64,000 nucleotides of DNA from Macrostomum lignano (Eukaryota): positions 549,147-613,146 of the forward strand of contig NIVC01001022.1 in the NCBI GenBank assembly GCA_002269645.1, in the 5' to 3' direction. Of this stretch, positions 38,225-53,000 are shown one piece after another (the first letter of the stretch is position 1; the number at the start of each line of letters is the position of its first letter). The position numbers were made by a program, and so were the translations under genes. The notes under the pieces are model-generated. The model saw only the letters and a list, made by a program, of their open reading frames with translations, did no database searches and had not been told where the DNA came from.

Positions 38225-38908
<684 letters not shown>

Positions 38909-39544
38909 GTTGTGCACAGCATTTCTGTCTCTCTAATTACTTTCTGAACCACAGTTTTCCAGGCCTGTTTTCCCCCAAGGCGGGGTGAAGAAAACTCAGG
39001 TGTACACGTGACGTAAAACTAATTGCATCCGAGGAAGGGCTTGGGTGAAAGATGTCTTGAGTCGTATCGAGGAAAGGAGTGACTGTTCGAGATGGGAAAT
39101 TCGTTGTGGATCTATACCTTTGCTACTATTTCTCTTTGCTACATGCAAAGTACTATAGAGCTAGGGATTTAATTCTGCTCTTTAATTAGGCATCTGCTCC
39201 TGCTCATTGCTAAGAGTGTGTTTTAGCTTCTGTTACCAGTGCCATTTATTCAACAGTCTCTCACTGTTTGCATCCTGCAACTAAAAATTGGCTCCCTCAT
39301 AAATTCCGCATGCATTCATCATCGCACCGCCGCCGCTGTGCGTTTTGGTCTTTTAGATGTAGCTATAATAATTCATATCTACTTGCCTCAGTCTCTTTCA
39401 CAATGCATGCCTCCAATTCAATGCAAGTCACGCTATGCCTGGGAATCTCTCTGTGCTATAGAAATTTACAATACATCTTTTTCGAGTGCGATATGGGTCT
39501 TCCAGCCTGTTTGCTTTACTGTCTGCCTGTCTGATTGGCTCTCT

Positions 39545-40564
<1,020 letters not shown>

Positions 40565-41153
40565 ATTGGCTATACCTGCCGTTCTAAATAGTCTTACCAG
40601 AACTTTTTACTTTTCGCATTAATCAGCAACGACATGTGCCTCACGTGAGCTGTAGACTTACAGGTAATCACCGGCATATATCATTTATAAGTTTCCCTTG
40701 GACTCTGGACTCATGCCTTGCGTGATTTCTGACGCTGTGGAAGCAGATTTTCAAGAACTGTCAGTGTCATAAATACATCCGGTAAACGAGCGTATTAGCG
40801 CTCTACGTTTTCAACATCAACCTTTTTTAGCTTTTGCCTTCGCTGAAAGAACAGGCGTGCCGAGTTATACTTTGGGGAATACTTGAAAGTATAGAATCAT
40901 TTCCATTGTTATCAATATTCAATTAGACGCCGCAATGCTTTTCCAATAACTCTGACAACCGCATGTAGCATGGCAGATAGCATAAGAGTAGTGTCAACAA
41001 CCCCAGGCCCGAAGCGGGCGGGTGAATCTCAGTTTGCACAACCGTGATTAATCAATTATGAAAGAATTGATCAACATCCGAGCTAATTCTACCCGACCCA
41101 AACTCCCAATGCATCCTGCTGGTGAAATATAAGTTCAGATAGTCAGTCCATCA

Positions 41154-42128
41154 CTACAGCCCGATTGTCTGAGCAGTCCAGAACAGCACAATATTGGCCA
41201 AATCGGCAGCCTGATCCCACTCGATGGCCTCCAGCGTGTCGGCTGGCGTGTGCCACACCGCGGGAAACGGCTGCGGTATGAGGTGCACAGTCGGCACGCC
41301 GATCTCCTGGAATGGCAGCTGGTCGTCCTGCACCGTCCCTGAGCCGATCTTCATCAGCTGGAAGTAGTCAGAGTCGGGTTCGTCGCTGTCGGGTAAAATC
41401 GCGGCCTCGGTTGCGCCCAGCTGGATGAACATCCGCATCTCGGTGTCGATCACTCGCTCATCGCTGCTGGGATGCGGGTTATAGTAGAACTTCGGATTCC
41501 TACCACCGATCAGGTCCAGCAGCACCAGCGCTTCGATCTGCTGCGCAGTTCCATCCTGGGCCCATTTTTGGGCCAGATGACGCGATCCGTACAGCGAGTC
41601 CGTCCGCGTCCACTCCTTGAAGGCTTCCTCGCCGTCGAAGAACACCAGCTGAAGGATGTCAATGCCTGGGCCTGGAGGACTCAGTCGACTCGCTCTGGCT
41701 ACGGCCCTGCCGATGGTTTCGGCAGCGCGCAGCAGCACAGCGCAGGGAACCGCCGAGTCGGTGGCTCCGACGAATCCGGGCAACAGTTTTGAGTCGTAGT
41801 GCGCAGCGAGGACCAGACGGCGATGTCCACTCGAGCCGGATTGAGCATCGTTAAGACGCAGCGTAGCGATGATGTTATCGAACCGCTGCCTGCCTATCGG
41901 TGTCTCGGCATGGAACGTGTCTAACTCGACTTGCCAACCAGGCTGACGCGACAGAAACTCGACCAGATGGTTGCGAACCCGCCGATGACCGGATGTGCCA
42001 ACCTGCCTGACAATGGCGAGCGGCTCTGAGAGTTCAGCCAGGCGGGCAGGTGAGACGCTGATGGCTCGGTCGCTTCTCGCGTCAGTTGTTGCCAGAAACG
42101 TTAGTAACAAGAGAATCAGAGGCGCCAT
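41154..42128 (-). CDS. QPCT: Glutaminyl-peptide cyclotransferase (M28 fold), intronless, secreted-type N-terminus, 324 aa
   Basis: Motifs HYDSK, GATDSAVPC, FFDGEEAF, DSLYGSRHLA, LLDLIG, QDD, HLIP, WHT match animal QC, including Zn-ligand equivalents D159/E202/H330. ATG at 42128 precedes a hydrophobic signal. Confidence 0.93.
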   Translation of the reverse strand: MAPLILLLLTFLATTDARSDRAISVSPARLAELSEPLAIVRQVGTSGHRRVRNHLVEFLSRQPGWQVELDTFHAETPIGRQRFDNIIATLRLNDAQSGSSGHRRLVLAAHYDSKLLPGFVGATDSAVPCAVLLRAAETIGRAVARASRLSPPGPGIDILQLVFFDGEEAFKEWTRTDSLYGSRHLAQKWAQDGTAQQIEALVLLDLIGGRNPKFYYNPHPSSDERVIDTEMRMFIQLGATEAAILPDSDEPDSDYFQLMKIGSGTVQDDQLPFQEIGVPTVHLIPQPFPAVWHTPADTLEAIEWDQAADLANIVLFWTAQTIGL

Positions 42129-43825
42129 CGCTTGTTCCACCGCGAAGGCAGGTGGGTGGAGCCTATTCAGTTTGTGTGCTTGGCAACCCAGCTAGCTTTG
42201 TTTGTTAACGGTCTTTTATAGAAGTGTTGGGGGGGGGGCTTCCTTCGCACGCGTCTGTCTGGCCCGGGTGAGGGGCGCGTGTTTTCCCCAGCCAGATGAA
42301 ATGAGAGGACGGGGCCTCCAGGCGAATGGCAAGTGTGGGCGAGTGGGCGGGGGAAGAGGGGGCTGGGGAAGGGAGGCAAAATTAGAAGGGAGAGCTAGCT
42401 TGAGCCTGCTAGGATGACGGTCTTACACGGTTGCTGCCGTGTGGGCGTCGGATTGTCAAGTGGAGGACGAATCGGGTGGGGGCTGTTCTCTCTCAGTAGC
42501 CAGGGCGAGGGGAGAGATGCATTGCGAGTGTGGGAATAAGCCGGGTTGGCGTGCTGCAGCAATGAAGAGAGAAGGATAGGATTGGGTAGCAACTGACTCA
42601 GGGCCGTGAAATTTCAACACAGCCGGCTCATGGAGTATGGAGGCGATTAAGCCTTTGTGCAGGCTTAGCCGAGTATGGCAATTTTCTCTAAGAGTACAGG
42701 CGTTGCAAATTCGGCCTTATTTTCGAAGGTCTACAGACACGAAGCAAGGGATTTGGGGCAGACAGACAGTCTGGAGTAAGGTTTTTCACAACCCCTGCTT
42801 TCAACACTCACTGTAGGCAATGATTGATGCAGTCCCATGGGCAGGAATGCTTTCAACTTCTGTTGTTGCTTACGCGACTTGATTGATGTAAAAAATTTCC
42901 AGAGTTAAAGTACACTGGTGAAGATTAGGTATGTTGACAGTAACACAGAATGGCACTTCTCAATCAGTGTAGATGCCCTAAAAGAGACGATTTGTCGTGG
43001 TCTTTAACCATTTAGTTCTTTTCGAGCTAGGTGAATAATTCTTGATAATAACCATAGTCGAATACTTCAGTATTTACTGTTGAATGTATTTCAATTTTTA
43101 ACAAATAATTTAAAACCTATTAAGATTGATTTTCATCCAAATGGTATATATCAGGCAATATCAAGATCTATCGAGCAGTATGGCCACTTATTTGCATGCT
43201 TCGAGGCATTTATATCTTAAAACAAAATTACCATATATTCACTCGCCCAAGAAAGCTAAATTCCAATATTCGGATACAATTTTAAGTCTAAAAATAGAAA
43301 AACAGATGGTTTCCATTTCATATTGAATCAATTACAAAATTCTACTATATTATGCTAGTATGAATACGCTACATTGAGCTATTATAGCCTACTTATGGTA
43401 AAATTCCAATCTCACAGATGCAAAATCGATTAAAGCCGGAAGTTCAACCGCGATTACTTTGTCGCATCAAGCTAAGATGAAATGCTTTCGCAAGGCTGCT
43501 GAGCACTTCGCCAAGTACGCTTGCACTCCACAGTCCGGTCAACAATTTCTAATCACACGCGTTCTTTCTCTCTGCACTCTTAACCCCGACTCTCACATTC
43601 TGGCCTGCATTAGGTATCTGCCGTTGAACCAAGGCGACCAAGCTCTACGAGAATCTGAAGTGCCAAAATAGTATCATGCATAAATGTACCGAAACATTGA
43701 TTTGAGAGGCTTGCTTTCACATAGTTTCGATTTCAAAAATTAAAAAGTATTGTTACATGCGCTGAAAAGCCTGTCGCTTGCAATCTTAGAAACTTTGGAA
43801 CTTGTTGTTTGAAATGAAATAATAT

Positions 43826-43930
43826 TGAGTACACCTGCCCCAATGGGCAGATGTGCAACCGACAGCTCAGCCGCAGCTATTGCGCGGCGCATCTGAAGGC
43901 TGCGTACGGCTGTTCAGTCCAAGGACTGGG
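43826..43930 (-). mobile_element. 5'-truncated SINE, copy 3 (3' domain only)
   Basis: TGAGTACACCTGCCCCAATGGGCAGATGTGCAACCGACAGCTCAGCCGCAGC... matches 12546-12650. Confidence 0.88.
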
Positions 43931-44160
43931 CTAACACCTCTAGATATATGCTTGAATATATATATAGCATTTTGCAGCCCATTTGGGCTTACGCGCATTG
44001 AATTTAATCCAAGATACGTTTGCCAATATAACGGAGCTTTTGTCTATGGTAGCAAGGCTGGCATAGCGGCATCTAATTTGGTCCAACAAGCATCAATTTG
44101 GTCCATAGCTTCATTTGCAACTGCTGCGGTGGAGCAAGATCAGCCCCAGAATTGTGGACC

Positions 44161-44600
44161 ATATGCTGGGCTGTTGAACGAACGCCATTGGCTTGTGATC
44201 GAAGCACTCGACAGAGGTGAACACCCAAATAACATTGCAAGGTTGCTGAATGTAAAGGAAAAGATGGTTTACAGCATCCATCAGCGTGTTGAAAATCTGC
44301 CGGCAGAGGTCGCCTGCGAAAGGGTGGCAATCGCCAAGGCAAGTTGCTCGAGAGCCTCAGGTCCAACTGCTACTCGATGCAGTTGAGAAACCCTTTGTTG
44401 ACGTTGCAGAAAATGCAGCAAAAGTTGAAGGAACAGTTCCAGTTAGTTATCAGATTTCTACCATCAGCAGAGCTCTGGAAAAGCGACTGAAAATTGTTGG
44501 TAGAGACGCTGACATTCCAGCGGTACGCAACAACCTGCAGACGGTTGCGATAAGGCAAGAGTTTGTCCAATGGCTCCCGAGCATTCGGACCAAATGGAGA
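44161..44600 (+). mobile_element. Tc1/IS630-like transposase N-terminal remnant (paired HTH, frameshifted, no DDE domain)
   Basis: VIEALDRGEHPNNIARLLNV..MVYSI (HTH1), KGGNRQGKL (linker, another frame), QISTISRAL...RNN...IRQEFVQWL (HTH2 region, third frame). Confidence 0.65.
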
Positions 44601-45199
44601 TGCTTGTTGGACCAAACTAAATGCCGCTGTGCCAGCCTTGCTACCATAGACAAAATCTCCGTTACATTGGCAAACGTATCTTCGATTAAATTAAATGCTC
44701 GTAAGCCTAAATGGGCTGCAAAAAGCTATAATATAACTGCATATAGTCTATAAGCTTATAAGCTCATAGATCAGTCATTCAGGAGTCATAAATATTGTTA
44801 TTTTGTTAAAACACGTTTTCGCACGCCACGACTTGAGCATATCTTTTTAATAAAAAAAAATAGTTATTGTAGTTGCATTTTTCATTAAAACTACGAAAAA
44901 AATATCTGGACAGTACATTTTGCAGTTACTACTCCAAATTTTCGTTTAAGGACTCCATTAATGAAGTTTAAACTATGCACTATAAAATCTGCCTAACCGA
45001 CATTTCAGGATGTCAAATAATTCCGGAACTGTAGAATCTTCATCGCACGCCACTGCCCAGTCTCCTCTCCCAACAGCCGCATCAGTCGACTTTTTATTCT
45101 GAATAAAAACTGTTTCGTGCAGTTCTGCAGTGACTGTCAGAGTTACGAAAGTTTTTATTTTTATAGTTCTGCCTTCCGTCATCTGTGAATACTCGACTA

Positions 45200-48100
45200 C
45201 AGAGGCGTCGCTATGGATTTTATGGTGGGGGTGACAGAGCCACGAATTCTACAGGTACTTTATTTTCAGAATTGGCGTTGTCAGCGCTCGTTTTATTAGC
45301 GCCGCAGGCACTCATTTTGGTGCCGCAAGCAGGCACTCATTTTGGCGCCGCAAGCAGGCACTCATTTTGGTGCCGCAAGCAGGCACTCATTTTGGCGCCG
45401 CGGGCACTCTTTTTGGTGCCGCAAGCAGGCACTCATTTTGGCGCCGCAAGCAGGCACTCATTTTGGCGCCGCGGGCACTCTTTTTGGTGCCGCAAGCAGG
45501 CACTCATTTTGGCGCCGCAAGCAGGCACTCATTTTGGTGCCGCAAGCAGGCACTCATTTTGGCGCCGCAAGCAGGCACTCATTTTGGTGCCGCAAGCAGG
45601 CACTCATTTTGGTGCCGCAAGCAGGCACTCATTTTGGCGCCGCAAGCAGGCACTCATTTTGGTGCCGCAAGCAGGCACTCATTTTGGTGCCGCAAGCAGG
45701 CACTCGTTTTGGCTCCGCGGGCACTCTTTTTGGTGCCGCAAGCAGGCACTCATTTTGGCGCCGCAAGCAGGCACTCATTTTGGTGCCGCAAGCAGGCACT
45801 CATTTTGGTGCCGCAAGCAGGCACTCATTTTGGCGCCGCAGGCACTCATTTTGGTGCCGCAAGCAGGCACTCATTTTGGCGCCGCAAGCAGGCACTCATT
45901 TTGGCGCCGCAGGCACTCATTTTGGCGCCGCAAGCAGGCACTCATTTTGGTGCCGCAAGCAGGCACTCATTTTGGCGCCGCAAGCAGGCACTCATTTTGG
46001 CGCCGCAAGCAGGCACTCATTTTGGCGCCGCAAGCAGGCACTCATTTTGGCGCCGCAAGCAGGCACTCATTTTGGCGCCGCAAGCAGGCACTCATTTTGG
46101 TGCCGCAAGCAGACACTCATTTTGGCGCCGCAGGCACTCATTTTGGTGCCGCAAGCAGGCACTCATTTTGGCGCCGCAAGCAGGCACTCATTTTGGCGCC
46201 GCGGGCACTCTTTTTGGTGCCACAAGCAGGCACTCATTTTGGCGCCACAGACACTCATTTTTGCGCCACAGGCACTCATTTTGGCGCCACAGGCACTCAT
46301 TTTGGCGCCGCAGGCACTCATTTTGGCGCCGCAAGCAGGCACTCATTTTGGCGCCGCAAGCAGGCACTCATTTTGGCGCCGCAAGCAGGCACTCATTTTG
46401 GTGCCGCAAGCAGGCACTCATTTTGGTGCCGCAAGCAGGCACTCATTTTGGTGCCGCAAGCAGGCACTCATTTTGGCGCCGCAAGCGAGCACTCATTTTG
46501 GCGCCGCGGGCACTCTTTTTGGTGCCACAAGCAGGCACTCATTTTGGCGCCACAGACACTCATTTTTGCGCCACAGGCACTCATTTTGGCGCCACAGGCA
46601 CTCATTTTGGCGCCGCAGGCACTCATTTTGGCGCCGCAAGCAGGCACTCATTTTGGCGCCGCAAGCAGGCACTCATTTTGGCGCCGCAAGCAGGCACTCA
46701 TTTTGGCGCCGCAAGCAGGCACTCATTTTGGCGCCGCAAGCAGGCACTCATTTTGGCGCCGCAAGCAGGCACTCATTTTGGCGCCGCAAGCAGGCACTCA
46801 TTTTGGTGCCGCAAGCAGGCACTCATTTTGGTGCCGCAAGCAGGCACTCGTTTTGGCTCCGCGGGCACTCTTTTTGGTGCCGCAAGCAGGCACTCATTTT
46901 GGCGCCGCAAGCAGGCACTCATTTTGGTGCCGCAAGCAGGCACTCATTTTGGTGCCGCAAGCAGGCACTCATTTTGGCGCCGCAGGCACTCATTTTGGTG
47001 CCGCAAGCAGGCACTCATTTTGGCGCCGCAAGCAGGCACTCATTTTGGCGCCGCAGGCACTCATTTTGGCGCCGCAAGCAGGCACTCATTTTGGTGCCGC
47101 AAGCAGGCACTCATTTTGGCGCCGCAAGCAGGCACTCATTTTGGCGCCGCAAGCAGGCACTCATTTTGGCGCCGCAAGCAGGCACTCATTTTGGCGCCGC
47201 AAGCAGGCACTCATTTTGGCGCCGCAAGCAGGCACTCATTTTGGTGCCGCAAGCAGACACTCATTTTGGCGCCGCAGGCACTCATTTTGGTGCCGCAAGC
47301 AGGCACTCATTTTGGCGCCGCAAGCAGGCACTCATTTTGGCGCCGCGGGCACTCTTTTTGGTGCCACAAGCAGGCACTCATTTTGGCGCCACAGACACTC
47401 ATTTTTGCGCCACAGGCACTCATTTTGGCGCCACAGGCACTCATTTTGGCGCCGCAGGCACTCATTTTGGCGCCGCAAGCAGGCACTCATTTTGGCGCCG
47501 CAAGCAGGCACTCATTTTGGCGCCGCAAGCAGGCACTCATTTTGGTGCCGCAAGCAGGCACTCATTTTGGTGCCGCAAGCAGGCACTCATTTTGGTGCCG
47601 CAAGCAGGCACTCATTTTGGCGCCGCAAGCGAGCACTCATTTTGGCGCCGCGGGCACTCTTTTTGGTGCCACAAGCAGGCACTCATTTTGGCGCCACAGA
47701 CACTCATTTTTGCGCCACAGGCACTCATTTTGGCGCCACAGGCACTCATTTTGGCGCCGCAGGCACTCATTTTGGCGCCGCAAGCAGGCACTCATTTTGG
47801 CGCCGCAAGCAGGCACTCATTTTGGCGCCGCAAGCAGGCACTCATTTTGGTGCCGCAAGCAGGCACTCATTTTGGCGCCGCAAGCAGGCACTCATTTTGG
47901 CGCCGCAGGCACTCATTTTGGTGCCGCAAGCAGGCACTCATTTTGGCGCCGCAGGCACTCATTTTGGTGCCGCAAGCAGGCACTCATTTTGGCGCCGCAA
48001 GCAGGCACTCATTTTGGCGCCGCGGGCACTCTTTTTGGTGCCACAAGCAGGCACTCATTTTGGCGCCACAGACACTCATTTTTGCGCCACAGGCACTCAT

Positions 48101-48461
48101 TTTGGCGCCACAGGCACTCATTTTGGCGCCGCAGGCACTCATTTTGGCGCCACAGGCACTCATTTTGGCGCCGCAGACTCTCATTTTGGCACCGCAGACA
48201 CTCATTTTGGCGCTACAGACACTCATTTTGGCGCCGCAGACTCTCATGTTGGCGCCGCAGACACTCATTTGGCGCCGCAGACACTCATTTTGGCGCTACA
48301 GACACTCATTGGCACCGCAGGCGCTTTATTTCTCACCCTAAAGCAAAATTATTGATTTTCAATCAAGGCTGAAGACAAGGTTGGGTGGGCTGACAAAGCA
48401 TTGGCATGCCCCTTATAGCTTTTACTAGGGGGAACCAGTCCCCCCAGTGGCAACGCTCCTG
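45200..48461 (-). mobile_element. hAT-type MITE, copy B (inverted relative to A and C), with ~3.05 kb of 21/25-bp minisatellite
   Basis: Left end CAGAGGCGTCGCTATGGATTTTATGGTGGGG is the reverse complement of the copy C right end. Right end CCCCAGTGGCAACGCTCCTG is the reverse complement of the copy A/C left end. The TSD is not preserved (CTCGACTA / CTTCAACA). Confidence 0.8.
45290..48325. repeat. 21/25-bp minisatellite (GCAGGCACTCATTTTGGCGCC[GCAA])n with a 1144-bp higher-order duplication
   Basis: Diagnostic variants recur exactly 1144 bp apart: GGCTCC at 45711/46855, AGACACTCAT at 46111/47255, GCGGGCACTC at 46201/47345. Confidence 0.97.
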
Positions 48462-50043
48462 CTTCAACAAGGGATTTATTAAAACAAAGAAGTTTTTTTC
48501 TTCAACTAGCCTACAGAATTTTAACGGTCAAATCAGTTTAAGCTACAACCGACGAATTGCTAGAGTAGATATTTGAAAAATGTATTATTAGTTCATTTAT
48601 AAAATTAGTTACATGTAATTTTAGTTTTAGTGCAATCTTCGAAGTTGAAGTATTCACCCATCTCTAACTTAGACATGCAGGAACATATATCCGAGACTGT
48701 AAGGATACGAAAAGTTGCAATCGAATATTTCATATTTTATGTTTCTCATCGGGGAAACAATCAATAAACGATTTTAATTTACACCAGTGCCTACTTGCAT
48801 GCATTTGCACATACTGTGATAATCTTGAGTAGTTAGATCCGGTCATTATACGAATGTAAAATGTTGTTAACCATGATCAAAATGGCTGACAAATTCTCCA
48901 AATTTTATAGAACAGTAGATGAAACTAAAATCTATGAAAGTGCAACCATTTACTGAACTGTCTACTGTAAGTAATATGCATGAGACAATTTGAAGATTTT
49001 AAAACTCATGCGACCAGCGAAAATTGATACGATCGTAGTGCAGCTTCAGACCACCGTCAAGTGAGGCAGGACGTCACGCTCGCATTTCTTAGAAATCTAG
49101 AAATTCTTGAATAAGTACAACAAGTTCTTGAGCTTCCAGAATCGAAGGGAATTATCAAAGCAGTTTTAAACCACTATTGAACTGGCGATGAAAGTAATAT
49201 CGCTGAAAATCCCATTGTCTACGTTAATAATAGTCGTTACGGAGAATCGAAACTGGATGGTTTGAAATAAGGACTAGAATGTTACATGTTACATGTACTT
49301 TCCAGTAATATAAATCTGTAGTTTTTTAAGCGATATGGATTTGAAAACAATTTCCTTTTTCAATTTTGTTAAAAGTTTAACAGCAAATCAGAAATTCAAA
49401 TGTATTGTCAACAAATGTAAAAAAATACGTTTGCGAGGTTGAAAATTGGAATGGTTCAATCACTGGTGTAACAAAAAGGTATTGACTAATCAGTAATTCA
49501 GGACTATAATTCAGAATCAAAATATCATAAAACTTTTTTTGTAGAAATTAAACGCCAAATGAGAGTAGAGAAGCAAATTTACATGCGAATGTAGGTTGCA
49601 CAAACGACCGCATGGGGCTGGATGACTGAAAAGGTAATGCACTGGATAGTTGAAGCTACTATACAGCACAATTTCTGACAACCAAGTGTAAAGTTGTTGA
49701 GACAAGGACTTTAAACTATTAATCAAGACACAGTAGGTTTTGAATTAAACGCCATTATCAGACTAAGGCCGGTCAAAGATAAGGCCCCACCGAACGCTGA
49801 GAAAGAAATCTCAAAGTTTTAATAGATAAAATTTTAATAGACACAAAAATGATATGGAAATGCACGTTTAAAATCGAGTTTTGATTTTCCAGATAGTGTC
49901 GGATGCTGCTGTATTGAAATTTATCGAACAAAATGACAAAGATTATCTGATGGATTGCAATGAAATAGAATAGGTTTCTTTAGTGCCTTACGATTCTTGC
50001 GATTCTAGTTCGAGCGCTCGAACCAACCAAACCGACCCGAAGC

Positions 50044-53000
50044 TCAGCGAGGCAGGCCAACGCTGCGCCGGCGAGAAAGCTGTTTACATCCGTTGAACTC
50101 GTAGCCGCTACAGGCAACGAGGTGCAGTCCGCCAGCCGACCGAGACATGCCGATTACTCCACCGCCGCTGGCCTCTGACTCGACGTCAGTGGTGGCAGCC
50201 GATGTTGCCATGGCGTTGTCCAGCTGGCAGCCGCCAAGTCGCGAGCAGCTGAGCAGCAGACAGCGACTAAAGCCTCGCATTGGACAGGCAAACAGCAGAA
50301 GAGGCTGCAATCCGGCTGAGTCATCTTTGTCTTGAGCTGTCTTCGCACCATTACCATTGTCGTCAATGTCCTCTTCGGTGTTGCTGGTGATGCCTCGATC
50401 GAACCAGATCTGATTAACCCACACAGGCGGGTGCAACTCGTACCTAAGTAGGGGTTATTTTATTGGCGTAACCGCATATCAAGAAAGGCATGGAATCTAT
50501 TCAAATTTTACAATTAAAATATTGAAAAATTACGCCTGACAGGAAAATTTAGGTTTTAGATTCATATTTGTTAAATAACTCTAGTTTACAGTTTCGCGAA
50601 TCTACGCCATTCTAATGTAGTCAACGGTTCAACAGGGCTTCAGGACATTCAACACAATGACATTCGTGTCCTCAATTTCTGCATTCAATCAGCTAATTGA
50701 AATAGTCATACGTAATGCTCTCGAAATCAAATCTCGAATTCACCTGGGAAACGTCTGCGCGTACTGAGGAAACTCCACAACGAACAGCGGTAGCTCTTTT
50801 GCCCGTCGATAAACCAGCAGAGCCGCTCCAGCTGACCAGTGCGATGCGAACAGGCAGAGGAAAGTTCTACCAACTGCGCACAGGACAAGCCTCTCGTAGT
50901 TGCTAGGCAGACTGTAGGCGGCAGCGGAACGGCAGATCCAGGCGTCCCAGATGTCGCTAGTGGCAGTCGAACTTCCTGATGTCGGCTTGCAGTCGTCACG
51001 GCAGGCGAACTCTCTCAACCAGAACATCGGCTCCGTAGTGGAGGCTGACGCTGGCGTCATAACCGCCGTGAATCCCACGGTGTCGTCGGCATTGTCATCA
51101 GCGCTGGCTTCGTTGTCGCCGAATCCGCTGGCTGGTGGCGGCGCCGCATTGAAAGGCAAAACGTCGCGCACCAGCTGGTCGTCGCTGCCGATGCGTGCAA
51201 CGCATTGAAGACGAACTCCAATTGAACTGTCGCTGCCACCACCGCAGCAGCAGCAGGAGCAGTGCAGCTGCACAACGGCCGCCGTACCATCGGTCAGAGC
51301 GGCGACAACAAAGCAACGTCTTGGCTGCGATTGCAAAGCTGACATCGCCGGAGTTGGCAAAAGTGTCGACAAGCTCACCCGACGTGTGCGCAAATTGCGA
51401 CGTCGGCAACGCCTGCCAGGGGATTCAGACAGGCACCAGAGGCGACACTGCGATGAATCGGACGGCAGTTGATGCTTCTGGTGCGGCTGCTGAGCTGCGA
51501 GAGCCGACAGTTGAAGGGAAGCAGCAATCGGTGCTCTGGATTCTGGAGCAGCCGACGTCTATAATGTGGTAGTGGTCAGATTTTGTGTACTCTTTGCAGC
51601 TGAATTCTGCGTTATAGAATAGATCTTCTAATATACTAAAAATGAAAATCTTGCTTGTAGTTTATTCTAAACATAAAATTGAGACATTGGTTTTCCCAAA
51701 TGTTTAGTGTGACTTGAACTCTTTGATGGTTAGCAGTGACTCACGAGTGAAATTTTGAGGGTTCAAGTCTTGACCCACTCAGAAAAATTTGTGTCCTTGA
51801 GCAAGACGCTTAACTCTGCATTGCTTCAGTCTCTAACCAGCTGTAAAATTGGTGCCAGCATTACGAGCTAGCTGGGGTAATTGAGGGTGTGTGTGGCGAC
51901 CCCCCAGTCTTGGGACTGAACAACCATACATAGCCTTTGGATTAGGGCAGGTGCAATCAATTATTGCTATTATAAGTGCGAAAAATAAGTTTCATCGAAA
52001 TCGTCTTAATATTCAAGAAGTGCTCAGAACTGAATGAAGCTTGCCTTATCAGACACTATCCAAGCCATGAGGCGATTGGATGCCGTGAGTCCCAGTGCAA
52101 CTTGAACACTACCGGCGCTCTTCTCCGACAGCATGCTCCGACTCTGCAGGCTATTTCGACGACCGGCAGCTCCCGCATAGCCAGCATTTCCACTGACGCA
52201 CGTGTGAAGCCCGATCGCGGCAAGTCTCTCCAGTCTGCCCGAGCATCCGGTCATGTCCAACGTCGACCATTTCGAAGTCGTCGGCGATGAAGAAAACGGC
52301 GCCAACGGCAGGCGGACGAGAATGGCGCCAAGTGCGTTGGCTGAGACGCTTCGACTGGGTGGTTGAGCAACAGCGCAGGCGACTCCGCCGCAGTCGGCCA
52401 GACAGCCGAGGTGACTGCCGACATGGCAGCCGGAAGACAGAGCGCCGGGCCACCAGCGAAACGCCTCATTGCCGGCGCCGTCGTAGACGCTTCCAGCTGG
52501 ACAGAGAATTTGAGCACTCTGACAGCTGTTGGCTTCGCTTAATCGGTTAGTGTTCGGTGCATAGTGCCATAAGTGAAGGCGCGTTTGCCGACCTGTGATA
52601 GGGAGCAGATGAGTGCAAATTATTTGGGATAATGTCGCTGCGCTGAATAAGACTAATGCTGTCAGGAGCCCATTATGAGCATTAACAAAGCTGCTCCTGT
52701 CACAGGGGGGCATTATTTTTAGTTTTTGGGGTGCCCCACAGCAAGTCATAGTCGTTCAAATTGAAATCGTTAAAAATTGCTTTCAAAACTTAAAAAAGTA
52801 CTCGTAGAACTACACATAACTCTATCTTGCATAGATTAAAGAGCTACGACTAATTTACCTGGCACCTGGCAAACACGCAGACAGACCAATCGCCACAGCG
52901 ACTTCAATTTTGGCGACGTTGTCATTGGCGACAGACCGACTTGGCCGCTGTCGGTCCGCTCCACCGCGCCCTCGGTGCAGTCAATCCAGGCGCACGACAG

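Noticed and set aside
45185-48372. Three ~1000-aa ORFs in all three + frames (APQAGTHFGAASRHSFW repeats)
   Set aside because: They are a by-product of a 21/25-bp unit with no stop codon in any + frame. They lie inside a MITE and have no domain content.
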